Shown: in pieces, positions 30,847 to 39,823 of the stretch | How the letters are laid out: each line of letters starts with the position of its first letter | Numbering within the stretch: the stretch's first letter is position 1 | Origin: an uncultured delta proteobacterium | GTDB taxonomy: Bacteria > Myxococcota > Myxococcia > Myxococcales > Myxococcaceae | NCBI GenBank assembly: GCA_963776345.1 | Contig: CAVZMH010000016.1 | Span: forward strand, 416,001-480,000 | DNA length: 64,000 nucleotides | Direction: 5' to 3' | The notes under the pieces: generated by a model | What the model was told of the DNA's origin: nothing | The model's input: the letters and a program-made list of their open reading frames with translations, nothing else | Databases searched by the model: none | Translations under genes and position numbers: made by a program

Positions 30847-31595
30847 GCTCCGCCTCCCTCGGCTGCGCAGAGGACGCACACGCCCGACCTCGGGGTGCGC
30901 ATGCGGAACGGCGACCGGCTCGCGAGGGCTCGAGCGGCCATCGCCGCCGCGTAGCCCGCGGCCGGTCCGTCGTAGCGGACCCGCCCCTCGTGGAGCGCCA
31001 GCACGTGGTCGGTCAGGTGCGAGACCTCCTCCAGCCGGTGGGAGCAGAGGATGAGGGTGGTGCTCGGCGGGAGCTCGGCGCACAGCTCGAGGAAGCGCCG
31101 GCGCGCGTCCTCGTCGAGGCTGGCCGTCGGCTCGTCCATCACCAGCAGCGACGGGCGGGCGGCGAAGGCGATCGCCAGGAGCAGCTTCTGCTTGGTGCCC
31201 CCGGACAGGGCCCGGAAGGGGCGACGGGCGATGGCCTTGAGGTCCACGGCGAGCCGGGTGGCCATCGCCTCCACCTCGCCGCGGTCCAGGCCGCGGGTGA
31301 GGCACACCACGTGGACCAGCTCGTTGACCGAGGCGCCCATCGCGGGCGCGACCTGGGGCACGTAGGCCAGCCGCCGCGCCAGCTCGACCCGGGACTCGTA
31401 GGGGTTCGGGCCGTCGATCCGCACCTCTCCCTCGCACTCGATCAACCCCAGGAGCGCGCGGATGAGGGTGGACTTGCCGCTGCCGTTCGGCCCGACCAGC
31501 GCCACCCGCCGCCCGCCGGGGATGGAGAGGTCGATGCCGCGCAGCGCCTCCACCTTCCCGAAGCGCTTCCTCGCGCCGCGGAGCTCAATCCGCAT
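30843..31595 (-). CDS. nosF: ABC transporter ATPase NosF
   Basis: GPNGSGKST, LSGGTKQK, MDEPTASLD, SH. Confidence 0.88.
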   Translation of the reverse strand: MRIELRGARKRFGKVEALRGIDLSIPGGRRVALVGPNGSGKSTLIRALLGLIECEGEVRIDGPNPYESRVELARRLAYVPQVAPAMGASVNELVHVVCLTRGLDRGEVEAMATRLAVDLKAIARRPFRALSGGTKQKLLLAIAFAARPSLLVMDEPTASLDEDARRRFLELCAELPPSTTLILCSHRLEEVSHLTDHVLALHEGRVRYDGPAAGYAAAMAARALASRSPFRMRTPRSGVCVLCAAEGGGA

Positions 31596-32905
31596 CGGCC
31601 ACCTCGAGGTTCATGCGCGGAGCGGGATCGCGCAGGATGGGTTTGGGGGCGAACAGCGGCACCACCTCTCCCGCCACGCCCACCAGGGCGAGCGCGAGCG
31701 TGCCCCGGAGGAATGCGAGATCCGGGTGCCGGGCGGTGAGCGCGCCGGAGAGGTCCTTCAGCTCGTAGGGGAGATCGCCCACCCCGTCCCCGTCGAGGTC
31801 GTAGCCTGCGTAGTCGCTCCAGGCGTTGCCCTCCCAGCTCACCCCCAGCGCGTCGCCGCCGCGAGTCGACCCGCACCTGGACGGTGTTGTCGCGCAGGAC
31901 GTTCCGGCGGAACAGGTTGTCGTGCTCGCTGGAGAGGAAGCCGATCCCCACCTCGGAGAGCCGCACCACGTTGCGCTCGAAGACGTTCCGGTCGCCTTCC
32001 ACCAGCGGGCTGTTGTCGAGGAAGAAGCCCTGGGTGTTGTAGGCCAGGAGATTCCCGCGCACGGTGACGTTGCCGGACTCCTTCATCCCCAGGCCGATGC
32101 CTGCCGCGCCGCGGGAGAAGAGGATCTGGTTGCCCTCGACGAGGAGGTTGCGGCTGTACATGGCGAAGACGCCGACCTCGTTGCCCACGAAGCGGTTCTT
32201 TTCCAGCCGGTTGCCATGGCTGTACATGAGATGGACGCCGTAGCGACCGCCGCGCACCTCGTTGCCCCGCAGCACGTTGCGCGACGAGTACCAGACCACG
32301 CAGTCGCGGGCCTGCTGGACCTCGTTGTCCTCCACCAGGCTGTCGTTGGTCTCCCAGAGGCGGATGCCGTCTCCTCGCATCCCCAGCGCGGGCCCGCCGA
32401 GCCCCACGATCCGGTTTCCGCGCAGAGTCACCCGCTTCGCCTTTTCCACCAGGATGCCGAAGATGCTGTTGAGGATGGTGACCCCCTCGACCCGGACGTC
32501 GTCGCCGTGGACCTTGACGGCCGCGTCGAGCACGTCGAAGCGGCCCCCGCTCCCATCGACGGTCACTCCACCGAGCGAGGCGCCGTCCTGGAGGAGCACG
32601 GTGGTGCCCGATCCGGCGGTCTTCAGCCGCGAGCGCTCGGTACCCCAGATGCCCACGCCGCGAGGCACCACCACGGAGCCGACCCAGGTACCATCGCCCA
32701 GGCAGAGCACCTGACCCGGCGCAGCGTGGTCGAGCGCCGGCTGGAGCGGCTGGTCCGGGGCGACCGGCAGACAGGCCCCGGGCCGGTCCGCGCGCCTCGT
32801 GCGCCGCGACGTGGCGGCGAGCTCCGGTGCCCTCGCGCAGGCGAGGAGCGCGAGCACCAGGACGCCGGAGGCGAGCCTCTGGGGCACCGGAGCCATGCCG
32901 ATCAC
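31585..32905 (-). CDS. nosD: Periplasmic maturation protein NosD (beta-helix); one-base frameshift near 31862
   Basis: RGDGIRLW, RYGVHLMYS, beta-helix repeats; C-terminal GNAWSDYAGYDLDGDGVGDLPY...D..PRM in the adjacent frame. Confidence 0.9.
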
Positions 32906-34884
32906 TTCTTCTTGGGCTCGACCAGGAAGTAACCGGCCATCTCGAGGTGCAGCGCGGAGCAGAACTCCGTGCAGTACATCGGGAAGACGCCCGGTCGGTC
33001 GGCGATGAACTCGATCTCGGTGTGCTTGCCCGGCTCGAGCGAGGCGTTGATGTTGTAGGAGTTGAGCGCGAACCCGTGCGTGGCGTCATGCGCCTGCTCG
33101 AGGTTGGTGAGGTGGATCCGCACCTTGTCGCCCTCCTTCACCCGCACCACGTCCGGGGTGAAGTGGCTGCGAATCGCGGTCATGTAGACGTCGACCGAGT
33201 TGCCCTTGCGCTCGACCCGCTCCTTGCCGCCCTCGACCGTGAAGGGGCTCTTCTCCTTGGTGATCGCATCGAGCCCCACCGGCTTGTAGATGTCCCAGGC
33301 CTTGATCTTGTCCGCCTTGATGATCTGCGCGTTGTGCGGCTCGCCCAGGCCGATCGGCAGGTCGTAGAGCAGCTGCATCTTCCCGCCGTTGGTCTCGCCG
33401 GTGAGATCGATCAGCTGGAAGTTCTGGGGGAGCAGTGGGCCGACCGAGTTGAAGCGGTCCAGCGCCCACTTGTTCATCGCCACCAGGTACTTCCCCTTGG
33501 GAGCCACGGTGTCGCCCTCGGCCGCGACCAGGTGGCCGATGTTGTACTGGGTGGAGATCTTCTCGACCAGCTTCAGGTCCTTCACGTTCCACTTCGCGAC
33601 CTTCGTCTCGATGAACAGCGAGGTGTAGGCGTTGCCGTCGCCGTCGAAGGCCGTGTGCAGGGGGCCGAGACCCAGCTCCACCTGCCCGCGGATCGCCTCG
33701 GCGAAGGGGAGAATCGGGACCCCGTAGGGGTCCTTGGCCTCGAACTTCTTCGCCGCGATCAGCGCCTGGATCTTCTTGAAGTTGAAGACGGTGGCGTGGG
33801 TGTCGAGCTTGCCGCTCACCACCAGGTCCTCGCCGTCCGGCGTGACGTCGAGCCCGTGGGGGCTCTTCGGCTCGGGAACGAAGTAGAGGAGCCCCTCCTC
33901 GATGGCCACCTGGAGGGGGATCACCCTCATCCCGGCGATCACCTTGGACTTGGTCTTCGCCACCTCGGCGGCCTTCCGCCAGTTGACGATGTGCATGTAG
34001 TCCATGTCGTTCTGCGAGGCGCCCGACTCCAGCGGGGGGTTGCCCTCCAGCACTCCGCCGGTGGCCCGCTCGGTGTTGATCGAGTTGCAGAACGCCCAGC
34101 CGTCCGAGGTCAGCTTCCCGCTGTCCGCCAGGTCCTGCATGTAGGGCGGGAACTCGATGGCGAACGACTCCTCGGGGATGATCCGCCGCTTGGCGCGGTC
34201 GAAGCGCCAGAAGGTCATCGCCCCCCGGTACTTCTCGTTGTACTCCTTGAGGTCGGCGTAGGCGCCGCCCAGCGGGGCCGCGTACTGCGACGTCTCGATC
34301 ACGTACTCGGTGTTGGGGGTGACGAAGGCACCGCCGTGGTCGGCCTCGATCAGCTTCGACTCGACGATCTGCTCGGTGACGAAGTCCTTGAGGTTGATCA
34401 CCGCGATGCGCGGGTTGGCCTTGTCGTTGACGAAGATGAACTCACCGTCGTACTCGCCCTTGGTCTCGGAGAGCGCGGGGTGGTGCATGTCGCCCCAGGT
34501 GATCGGCTTGCCGTGGCGGTAGCCCTCCTTGAGCACCTCCTGGCTGCCCTTGTCGCCTACGCCGTAGCCCTGCCAGGGCTCGGGAGTGAAGACGGCGACG
34601 TACTTGAGGATGCGCATCGAGGGCACGCCGATCACCAGCAGGTGTCCCGAGTGCCCCCCGGAGGCGAAGAGCAGGAACTCGTCCCTGCGCCCACTGGGGG
34701 TATAGGTCTTCAGCGCGGCGGTGACGTCGGCCTCGGAGAGGTTCCGGTCCTTCATCAGCTTGGACAGGTTGGCCGAGCCGGACGGAGCGGCGCCGGAGGA
34801 CTGTGGAGTCCCCGGGCTCTGGGGTTTGTCGCAGGCGAGGACCAGCGCCAGCGCACATGAGACGAGGATCGCTCGAAGGTTCAT
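32902..34884 (-). CDS. nosZ: Nitrous oxide reductase, clade II (Sec/lipoprotein signal)
   Basis: SGGHSG; seven CuZ His (DMHH, ADHG, SPHG, GPLH, IGH, EPH); CuA site HGF...YCTEFCSALHLEM; no twin-Arg, lipobox LVLAC; AGGAGG RBS. Confidence 0.97.
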   Translation of the reverse strand: MNLRAILVSCALALVLACDKPQSPGTPQSSGAAPSGSANLSKLMKDRNLSEADVTAALKTYTPSGRRDEFLLFASGGHSGHLLVIGVPSMRILKYVAVFTPEPWQGYGVGDKGSQEVLKEGYRHGKPITWGDMHHPALSETKGEYDGEFIFVNDKANPRIAVINLKDFVTEQIVESKLIEADHGGAFVTPNTEYVIETSQYAAPLGGAYADLKEYNEKYRGAMTFWRFDRAKRRIIPEESFAIEFPPYMQDLADSGKLTSDGWAFCNSINTERATGGVLEGNPPLESGASQNDMDYMHIVNWRKAAEVAKTKSKVIAGMRVIPLQVAIEEGLLYFVPEPKSPHGLDVTPDGEDLVVSGKLDTHATVFNFKKIQALIAAKKFEAKDPYGVPILPFAEAIRGQVELGLGPLHTAFDGDGNAYTSLFIETKVAKWNVKDLKLVEKISTQYNIGHLVAAEGDTVAPKGKYLVAMNKWALDRFNSVGPLLPQNFQLIDLTGETNGGKMQLLYDLPIGLGEPHNAQIIKADKIKAWDIYKPVGLDAITKEKSPFTVEGGKERVERKGNSVDVYMTAIRSHFTPDVVRVKEGDKVRIHLTNLEQAHDATHGFALNSYNINASLEPGKHTEIEFIADRPGVFPMYCTEFCSALHLEMAGYFLVEPKKK

Positions 34885-34923
34885 CGAAGCCTCCTGGGGT
34901 GAATTTCGGACCCCGGGGTCGGC

Positions 34924-34939
34924 TGCCAGCGGCATGCCA
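34924..34939 (-). promoter_or_regulatory. Candidate sigma54 promoter for nosZ
   Basis: Minus strand TGGCATGCCGCTGGCA (GG-N10-GC), about 30 nt upstream of the nosZ RBS. Confidence 0.45.
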
Positions 34940-34953
34940 TCGGTTGGTCTCAC

Positions 34954-35060
34954 TGGAGTTTATACTCCATTGACTATGAAGGTGCGCAGATTCTGCGCAT
35001 ACGCACCTCTCATGCGCAGGATCTTCTGCTTTGCCAGACTCAATGGATGTTGCTATCCAT
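34954..35060. promoter_or_regulatory. Palindromic operator candidates in the nos divergent promoter
   Basis: TGGAGT-TTAT-ACTCCA (34954-34969), TGCGCAGA-T-TCTGCGCA (34983-34999), ATGGAT-GTTGCT-ATCCAT (35043-35060). Confidence 0.55.
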
Positions 35061-35102
35061 CGAGTTGATCGGTGGCATGGCGCACGCAAGGAGGCGCCTC
35101 TC

Positions 35103-35566
35103 ATGAGAATCTCGCTCTCGCTCGCGGCCGCACTCGGGCTCGGACTGGCATTCGGTTGCAGCAAGGAAGGCGGAGGCGGCGCGGCACCCCCGGCCGGCGC
35201 CTCCCAGCCCACGTGGCGGCCCAGCCGCCCGCCCCGGTGACTCCCCCGGGTCCGTCAGCCGAGGACATCAAGGAGGCGGACGAGATCTTCGCCGGCCGCT
35301 GCACTCCCTGTCATGGTCCGAAGGGCCGCGGGGACGGGCCCGCCTCGGCCGGCCTCACCCCGAAGCCTCGCAACTTCACCGACGGGACGTGGCAGGCCAA
35401 GGTGACCGACGAGCACATCGAGAAGATCGTGCTCTACGGGGGCGCGGCGGTGGGCAAGAGCCCCGCGATGCCGCCCAACCCCGACCTCGAGCAGCATCCG
35501 GGCATCATCAAGGGCCTCCGCGCACACATCCGGGGCCTGGGCTCGGCGCCTTCGGCGTCGCGCTGA
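35103..35566 (+). CDS. Monoheme cytochrome c lipoprotein; frameshift near 35210
   Basis: AAGGAGG RBS and lipobox LAFGC in one frame; CTPCHG..G.GDGP, PRNFTD, SPAMP in the adjacent frame. Confidence 0.8.
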
Positions 35567-35595
35567 GCTGAAGCGAACCACTCACCGGAGGGACC

Positions 35596-36075
35596 ATGAA
35601 GCGCATCCTTTTCGCCGCCTCGCTCGTCGCCCTGACCGCGCATGCGCAGGGCGACGTGAAGGACATCGTGGACATCGCCTCGGCCTCGAAGGACCACACC
35701 ACGCTGGTGACCGCGCTGAAGGCCGCGGACTACGCGACCGCGCTGAAGAACCCCGGCCCGCTCACCGTCTTCGCGCCCACCAACGCCGCGTTCGACAAGC
35801 TGCCCAAGGGCACGGTGGAGGAGCTGCTCAAGCCCGAGAAGAAGGGCGAGCTGGAGAAGCTCCTCCAGTACCACGTGACGCCGTCGGTCTACGAGGTGAA
35901 GTGGCTCAAGGACGGCCAGAAGCTCGGCCAGGTCAGCGGCGGCAAGGTCACCATCGGGGTGAAGAACGGGAAGGTGACGGTCAACGGCGCGAACGTGCTC
36001 GCCTCCATCCGGGCGTCGAACGGCATCGTGCACGTCATCGACGCGGTGCTCATCCCCGAGGCGCCCAAGAAGTAG
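35596..36075 (+). CDS. Fasciclin (FAS1) domain secreted protein
   Basis: TVFAPTNAAFDKLP, LQYHV, NGIVHVIDAVL. Confidence 0.93.
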   Translation: MKRILFAASLVALTAHAQGDVKDIVDIASASKDHTTLVTALKAADYATALKNPGPLTVFAPTNAAFDKLPKGTVEELLKPEKKGELEKLLQYHVTPSVYEVKWLKDGQKLGQVSGGKVTIGVKNGKVTVNGANVLASIRASNGIVHVIDAVLIPEAPKK

Positions 36076-36124
36076 CACGAACCGACGGAAGCATCGCCGG
36101 GGCCGCTCCGGCCCCCGAGGAGGA

Positions 36125-36805
36125 TTGGACGTGATCGGGACAGAGCAGACGCTGGGCGAGCTGGCGGTGGCGGTTCCCACCGCCGCCAAGGTCTTCTACC
36201 GATACGGGCTCGATTACTGCTGCGGAGGAAAGCAGTCCCTGGCCGAGGCGTGTGCCCGGGGCGGACTGGACGCCGCCGAGGTGCTCGAGGCCATCCGGGC
36301 GGACCAGGCAGCCCTCGGTCTGCCCGGAGATGGCGGCATCCGCTGGCTCGACCGACCCCTGCCGGAGCTCGTCCAGCACATCCTGGAGCGGTACCACGCG
36401 CCGCTGCGCGACGAGCTCGCCCGGCTCTTGGCGCTCGCACGGAAGGTCGAGCAGGTCCACGCCGGCAAGCAAGGCTGCCCGGTGGGCCTCGCCAAGCACC
36501 TGGCGGCGGTGGGACCATTCGTCGAGGCGCACCTGGCGAAGGAGGAGCAGATCCTGTTCCCGCTCTTCCTCATGGGGCGCGGCCGTCAGGCCACCATGCC
36601 GGTGCAGGTGATGCTGCAGGAGCACGACGACCACGGAGACGCGCTGCGCCGGATCCGCGAGTTGACGAACGATCTCCGGCTGCCGGAGCAGGCGTGCGGG
36701 ACGTGGCGAGAGCTCTACCGGGCGCTCGCCCAGCTCGAGGTGGAGCTGATGGAGCACATCCACCTCGAGAACAACATCCTCTTCCCGCGCGCGCTCGCCG
36801 GCTGA
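36125..36805 (+). CDS. ric: Iron-sulfur cluster repair di-iron protein (Ric/YtfE/ScdA)
   Basis: DYCCGG, HLAKEEQILFP, EHDDHG, HIHLENNILFP. Confidence 0.95.
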   Translation: MDVIGTEQTLGELAVAVPTAAKVFYRYGLDYCCGGKQSLAEACARGGLDAAEVLEAIRADQAALGLPGDGGIRWLDRPLPELVQHILERYHAPLRDELARLLALARKVEQVHAGKQGCPVGLAKHLAAVGPFVEAHLAKEEQILFPLFLMGRGRQATMPVQVMLQEHDDHGDALRRIRELTNDLRLPEQACGTWRELYRALAQLEVELMEHIHLENNILFPRALAG

Positions 36806-36821
36806 GCCGCCCCCTCGGCGC

Positions 36822-37547
36822 TCATCGCCGCGGGCCTCGAGCCGGGCGCCTGGCCGGACCGGCCTCGAACGCTCGCCCGGGGCGCGCGGGTGGTCGTGGG
36901 TACCCGACGGTCTGGGCGAAGAGCACGCGCTCCTTCCCCCCGAGCCCGAGCTCGCGGGCCATCGCGTCTCGCTGGCAGTTGTGGAACCACGCGGCGAGCC
37001 CGGCCGCGGCCGCGAAGAGGTAGACGTTGGCGGCGATCATCCCCGTGTCCACGAAGTAATACGAGCGCTGCACCCCGGGATCATGGAGCCCCGGCTCCTC
37101 GAAGCCCGAGGTGTGCTCCAGCCGGTCGAGGTCGACCACGAAGACCAGGCGAACCGGAGCCGTCGCGCCGAGGAGCCCCTGGCCCGGGTTGAGCCCGAGG
37201 TGCCGCAGGTCCCGCGCCACGACCGGCAGCAGCCGGTGACGGCGAGCGTCGTAGAGAGACGCTCCGTCGGCTCGGAGCACGTACAGGTCGATCTCCTGCG
37301 AGTTGCTCGCCGAGGCCGCGGTCCTCCCCACCGTCCCGAAGGGGCCCCGGCGCCGGTTCACGCCCCACGCGGCCCAGAGCAGCGCGGACAGGACCGAGGG
37401 TGGGAGCGGCCGTTCGGAGATCTCCCGGATGGTCCTCCGCGCGCGCAGTGCCGAGGCCAGCGGCGCACTCGGCGGCAACACCGGCCGCGGCAGCCGGAGC
37501 ACGGTCGGCAGCAGTCTCCCGGGCACTCGCGACGGTCGTCGGGTCAT
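36822..37547 (-). CDS. Nitroreductase-family (SagB/ThcOx-like) protein
   Basis: ALRARRTIRE, LLWAAWGVN, RTAASASNSQEI, DTGMIAANVYL, QTVGYP. Confidence 0.82.
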   Translation of the reverse strand: MTRRPSRVPGRLLPTVLRLPRPVLPPSAPLASALRARRTIREISERPLPPSVLSALLWAAWGVNRRRGPFGTVGRTAASASNSQEIDLYVLRADGASLYDARRHRLLPVVARDLRHLGLNPGQGLLGATAPVRLVFVVDLDRLEHTSGFEEPGLHDPGVQRSYYFVDTGMIAANVYLFAAAAGLAAWFHNCQRDAMARELGLGGKERVLFAQTVGYPRPPARPGRAFEAGPARRPARGPRR

Positions 37548-37581
37548 GATCTTCCTCCTCGCGTCACGTAGGCTCGCTCCC

Positions 37582-38316
37582 GTGCGGCTCGCCGTCATCT
37601 CCGACATCCACGGGAACATCTGGGCGCTCCAGGCGGTGCTCGGCCGGATCGCCGAGCTCGGGGACATCGACCGGCTGGTCATCGCGGGCGACCTGCTCTC
37701 CGGCCCGCTCGAGCCGTCCGAGACCGCGGACCTCCTGAGGTCGCTCGACGCCGCCGTCATCCGCGGCAACCACGAGCGCCAGCTCCTGGCCTGCGCCGAG
37801 GCTCCCGGGGGGGCGAGCGACCAGTACGCCTTCGAGCACACCACCGAGGCGCAGCGGGCCTGGCTCGCCACCCTGCCGGCGACGCTCGAGCTCGCGCCCG
37901 ACGTGCTGGTCTGTCATGGGACCCCGGAGACCGATCAGGTCTACCTCTGCGAGGATCTCGACGGACCGGTCAGGCTCGCCGCGGACCAGACCATCGTCGA
38001 ACGGCTCGGCGGCGCACGCCACGCGCTCGTCCTCTCCGGACACTCGCACCACCCACGCACGGTGCAACTCTCGAGCGGGCAGCTGGTGGTGAACGCCGGC
38101 AGCGTCGGCCTGCAGGCCTTCACCGCGGAGCTGCCGAGCCCCCATCACGTGGAGAACGGCTCCCCGCACGCGCGCTTCGTGGTCTGCGAGCGGACGCCGA
38201 GGGGCTGGCAGGCCGAGCAGCATCAGATCTCCTACGACTGGGCCGCCGCCTCCGAGGCCGCGGCCGCGCACGGTCGGCCGGCCTGGGCGCGCTGGCTCCG
38301 GGCCGGGCGCCTCTGA
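37582..38316 (+). CDS. Metallophosphoesterase (YfcE/PPP-like)
   Basis: SDIHGN, GD, RGNHE, HG, GHSH, NAGSVG. Confidence 0.9.
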   Translation: MRLAVISDIHGNIWALQAVLGRIAELGDIDRLVIAGDLLSGPLEPSETADLLRSLDAAVIRGNHERQLLACAEAPGGASDQYAFEHTTEAQRAWLATLPATLELAPDVLVCHGTPETDQVYLCEDLDGPVRLAADQTIVERLGGARHALVLSGHSHHPRTVQLSSGQLVVNAGSVGLQAFTAELPSPHHVENGSPHARFVVCERTPRGWQAEQHQISYDWAAASEAAAAHGRPAWARWLRAGRL

Positions 38317-38332
38317 GCGCACGGGTCGGCGC

Positions 38333-39823
38333 TCAGGCCGGACGCACGTCGAACACGTGGTGCCCGGCGGCGTCGATGTCGAGGTACAGCCCGGGGCCAG
38401 CGAGCTCGCCGCCGTCGCGCTCGTAGCGGGCCTCGCCCAGGAGATCGGCCAGCAGCACCCGCCCTGCCCCCAGACCGGAGAACGCCGCGTCGACCCGGCA
38501 CTGCCCACGGGTCGGGCCCAGGTTGGCGCAGGCGAGCAGCCGGCCCGAGGGGCCCTCCCAGGACATGGCGACGAATCCTCCGGAGGTGGGATTTCCATCC
38601 CACGCCGGGCGGCACTCCCGCAGCCGCCAGGCGCCCTGGTGGGTCTCCGGCCGGCGGAGCACCGCCAGGAGCCGCTGGTAGAAGGCGCGGAGCGCGGCGT
38701 CCACCGGCTCGTCCGGGCGGCGACCCAGGTGCATCGAGACGTGGACCTTCCGCCCTTCCATCTGACCCTCGTGGAAGAAGCGCAGCCCCGGGGCGAGGAA
38801 GGTGACCACCGCCGCCGCGCGGTGGCGGTCGGGCGGGAAGGTCGCCGCGGCGCGCGGCTCGTCGTGGTTCTCCAGGAAGCGGGCCAGTCGGTCCTGGAAC
38901 GCCAGATCCGCGTGGAGGTGGCCGCGCACGCCCGCCACGTCCCCTGCGCGAAGACGATCATAGAGGCGCTTGTCGTAGGTGAAGTCGAAGCCCTGCTGCT
39001 GCAGCTCCCACTCCAGGTCCCAGTACACCTCGGCCATCAGCACGAAGCCCGGGTGCTCGGTCCGGACCGCCGCTGCAGCCTCCCGCCAGAACGAGCCCGT
39101 GGCCGGTGGCGCTCCGTCCCGGGGCCGCACCCGGTCTCCCCAGGTGCGGGCGAAGACGTCCGGGAGGATCAGCATCGCCATGTCGCAGCGCACGCCGTCG
39201 CAGCGGGCAGCCACGCGGCGCAGCTCGGCGATCATCGCCGCGCGCAGGCCCGGGTGTCCGTAGTTGAGCTGGACGGTGTCCGGCCAGCCGGGGAAGTACG
39301 GATCCCGCCCGTGGGCCAGCACCCGCTGGGCGGACCGGAACCAGTTCTGCGGCTCACGGGCGAGGTCCTGCTCCGTCCCCTCGATCAGCCACTCCGGATG
39401 CTCGCGCACCCACGGATGGTCGGGGGCCATGTGGTTGGGAACGAAGTCCAGCATCAGGGCGAGCCCCCGCTGGGCGAGCCGCTGCCGGAGCCGCTGGAGC
39501 GCGCCGTCCCCGCCGAACTCCGGCTTCACCTCGTAGCTCTGGATGGCGAACGGAGATCCGGTGATGTCCTCGTCGCGGAGGTCGGGGAGGTCGCGCCGGA
39601 ACCCGTCCCTCCAGTCCGCACGGGCGAGCGACACCGCCCGGGCGGCCGGTCCGGTGCGCCACACGCCGAGCGGCCAGAACCAGTCGAAGCCGCGTCCGGC
39701 CACCTCGTCGAGGAAGGCATCCGACACGTCGTCCAGCGTCGCTGGACGCCCCCGGCTGCGACCGAGCTCGCCCAGCAGGACCCGGGTGTTGACCTGGAAG
39801 AGGAGGGGGTGTCTTCGAGGCAC
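38333..39823 (-). CDS. Alpha-amylase family (GH13) glycoside hydrolase
   Basis: GSPFAI..Y, LDFVPNH, DGVRCDMA, AEVYW, FLENHDE. Confidence 0.88.
   Translation of the reverse strand: MPRRHPLLFQVNTRVLLGELGRSRGRPATLDDVSDAFLDEVAGRGFDWFWPLGVWRTGPAARAVSLARADWRDGFRRDLPDLRDEDITGSPFAIQSYEVKPEFGGDGALQRLRQRLAQRGLALMLDFVPNHMAPDHPWVREHPEWLIEGTEQDLAREPQNWFRSAQRVLAHGRDPYFPGWPDTVQLNYGHPGLRAAMIAELRRVAARCDGVRCDMAMLILPDVFARTWGDRVRPRDGAPPATGSFWREAAAAVRTEHPGFVLMAEVYWDLEWELQQQGFDFTYDKRLYDRLRAGDVAGVRGHLHADLAFQDRLARFLENHDEPRAAATFPPDRHRAAAVVTFLAPGLRFFHEGQMEGRKVHVSMHLGRRPDEPVDAALRAFYQRLLAVLRRPETHQGAWRLRECRPAWDGNPTSGGFVAMSWEGPSGRLLACANLGPTRGQCRVDAAFSGLGAGRVLLADLLGEARYERDGGELAGPGLYLDIDAAGHHVFDVRPA

Noticed and set aside
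35073..35088. GG-N10-GC sigma54-like site before the cytochrome c gene
   Set aside because: The predicted start (~35099) would fall downstream of the gene's AAGGAGG RBS, so it is probably a chance match.
36822..37547. SagB-like gene as a sign of a RiPP (azole) cluster
   Set aside because: No YcaO, precursor peptide or transporter nearby; stand-alone nitroreductase-fold proteins are common.
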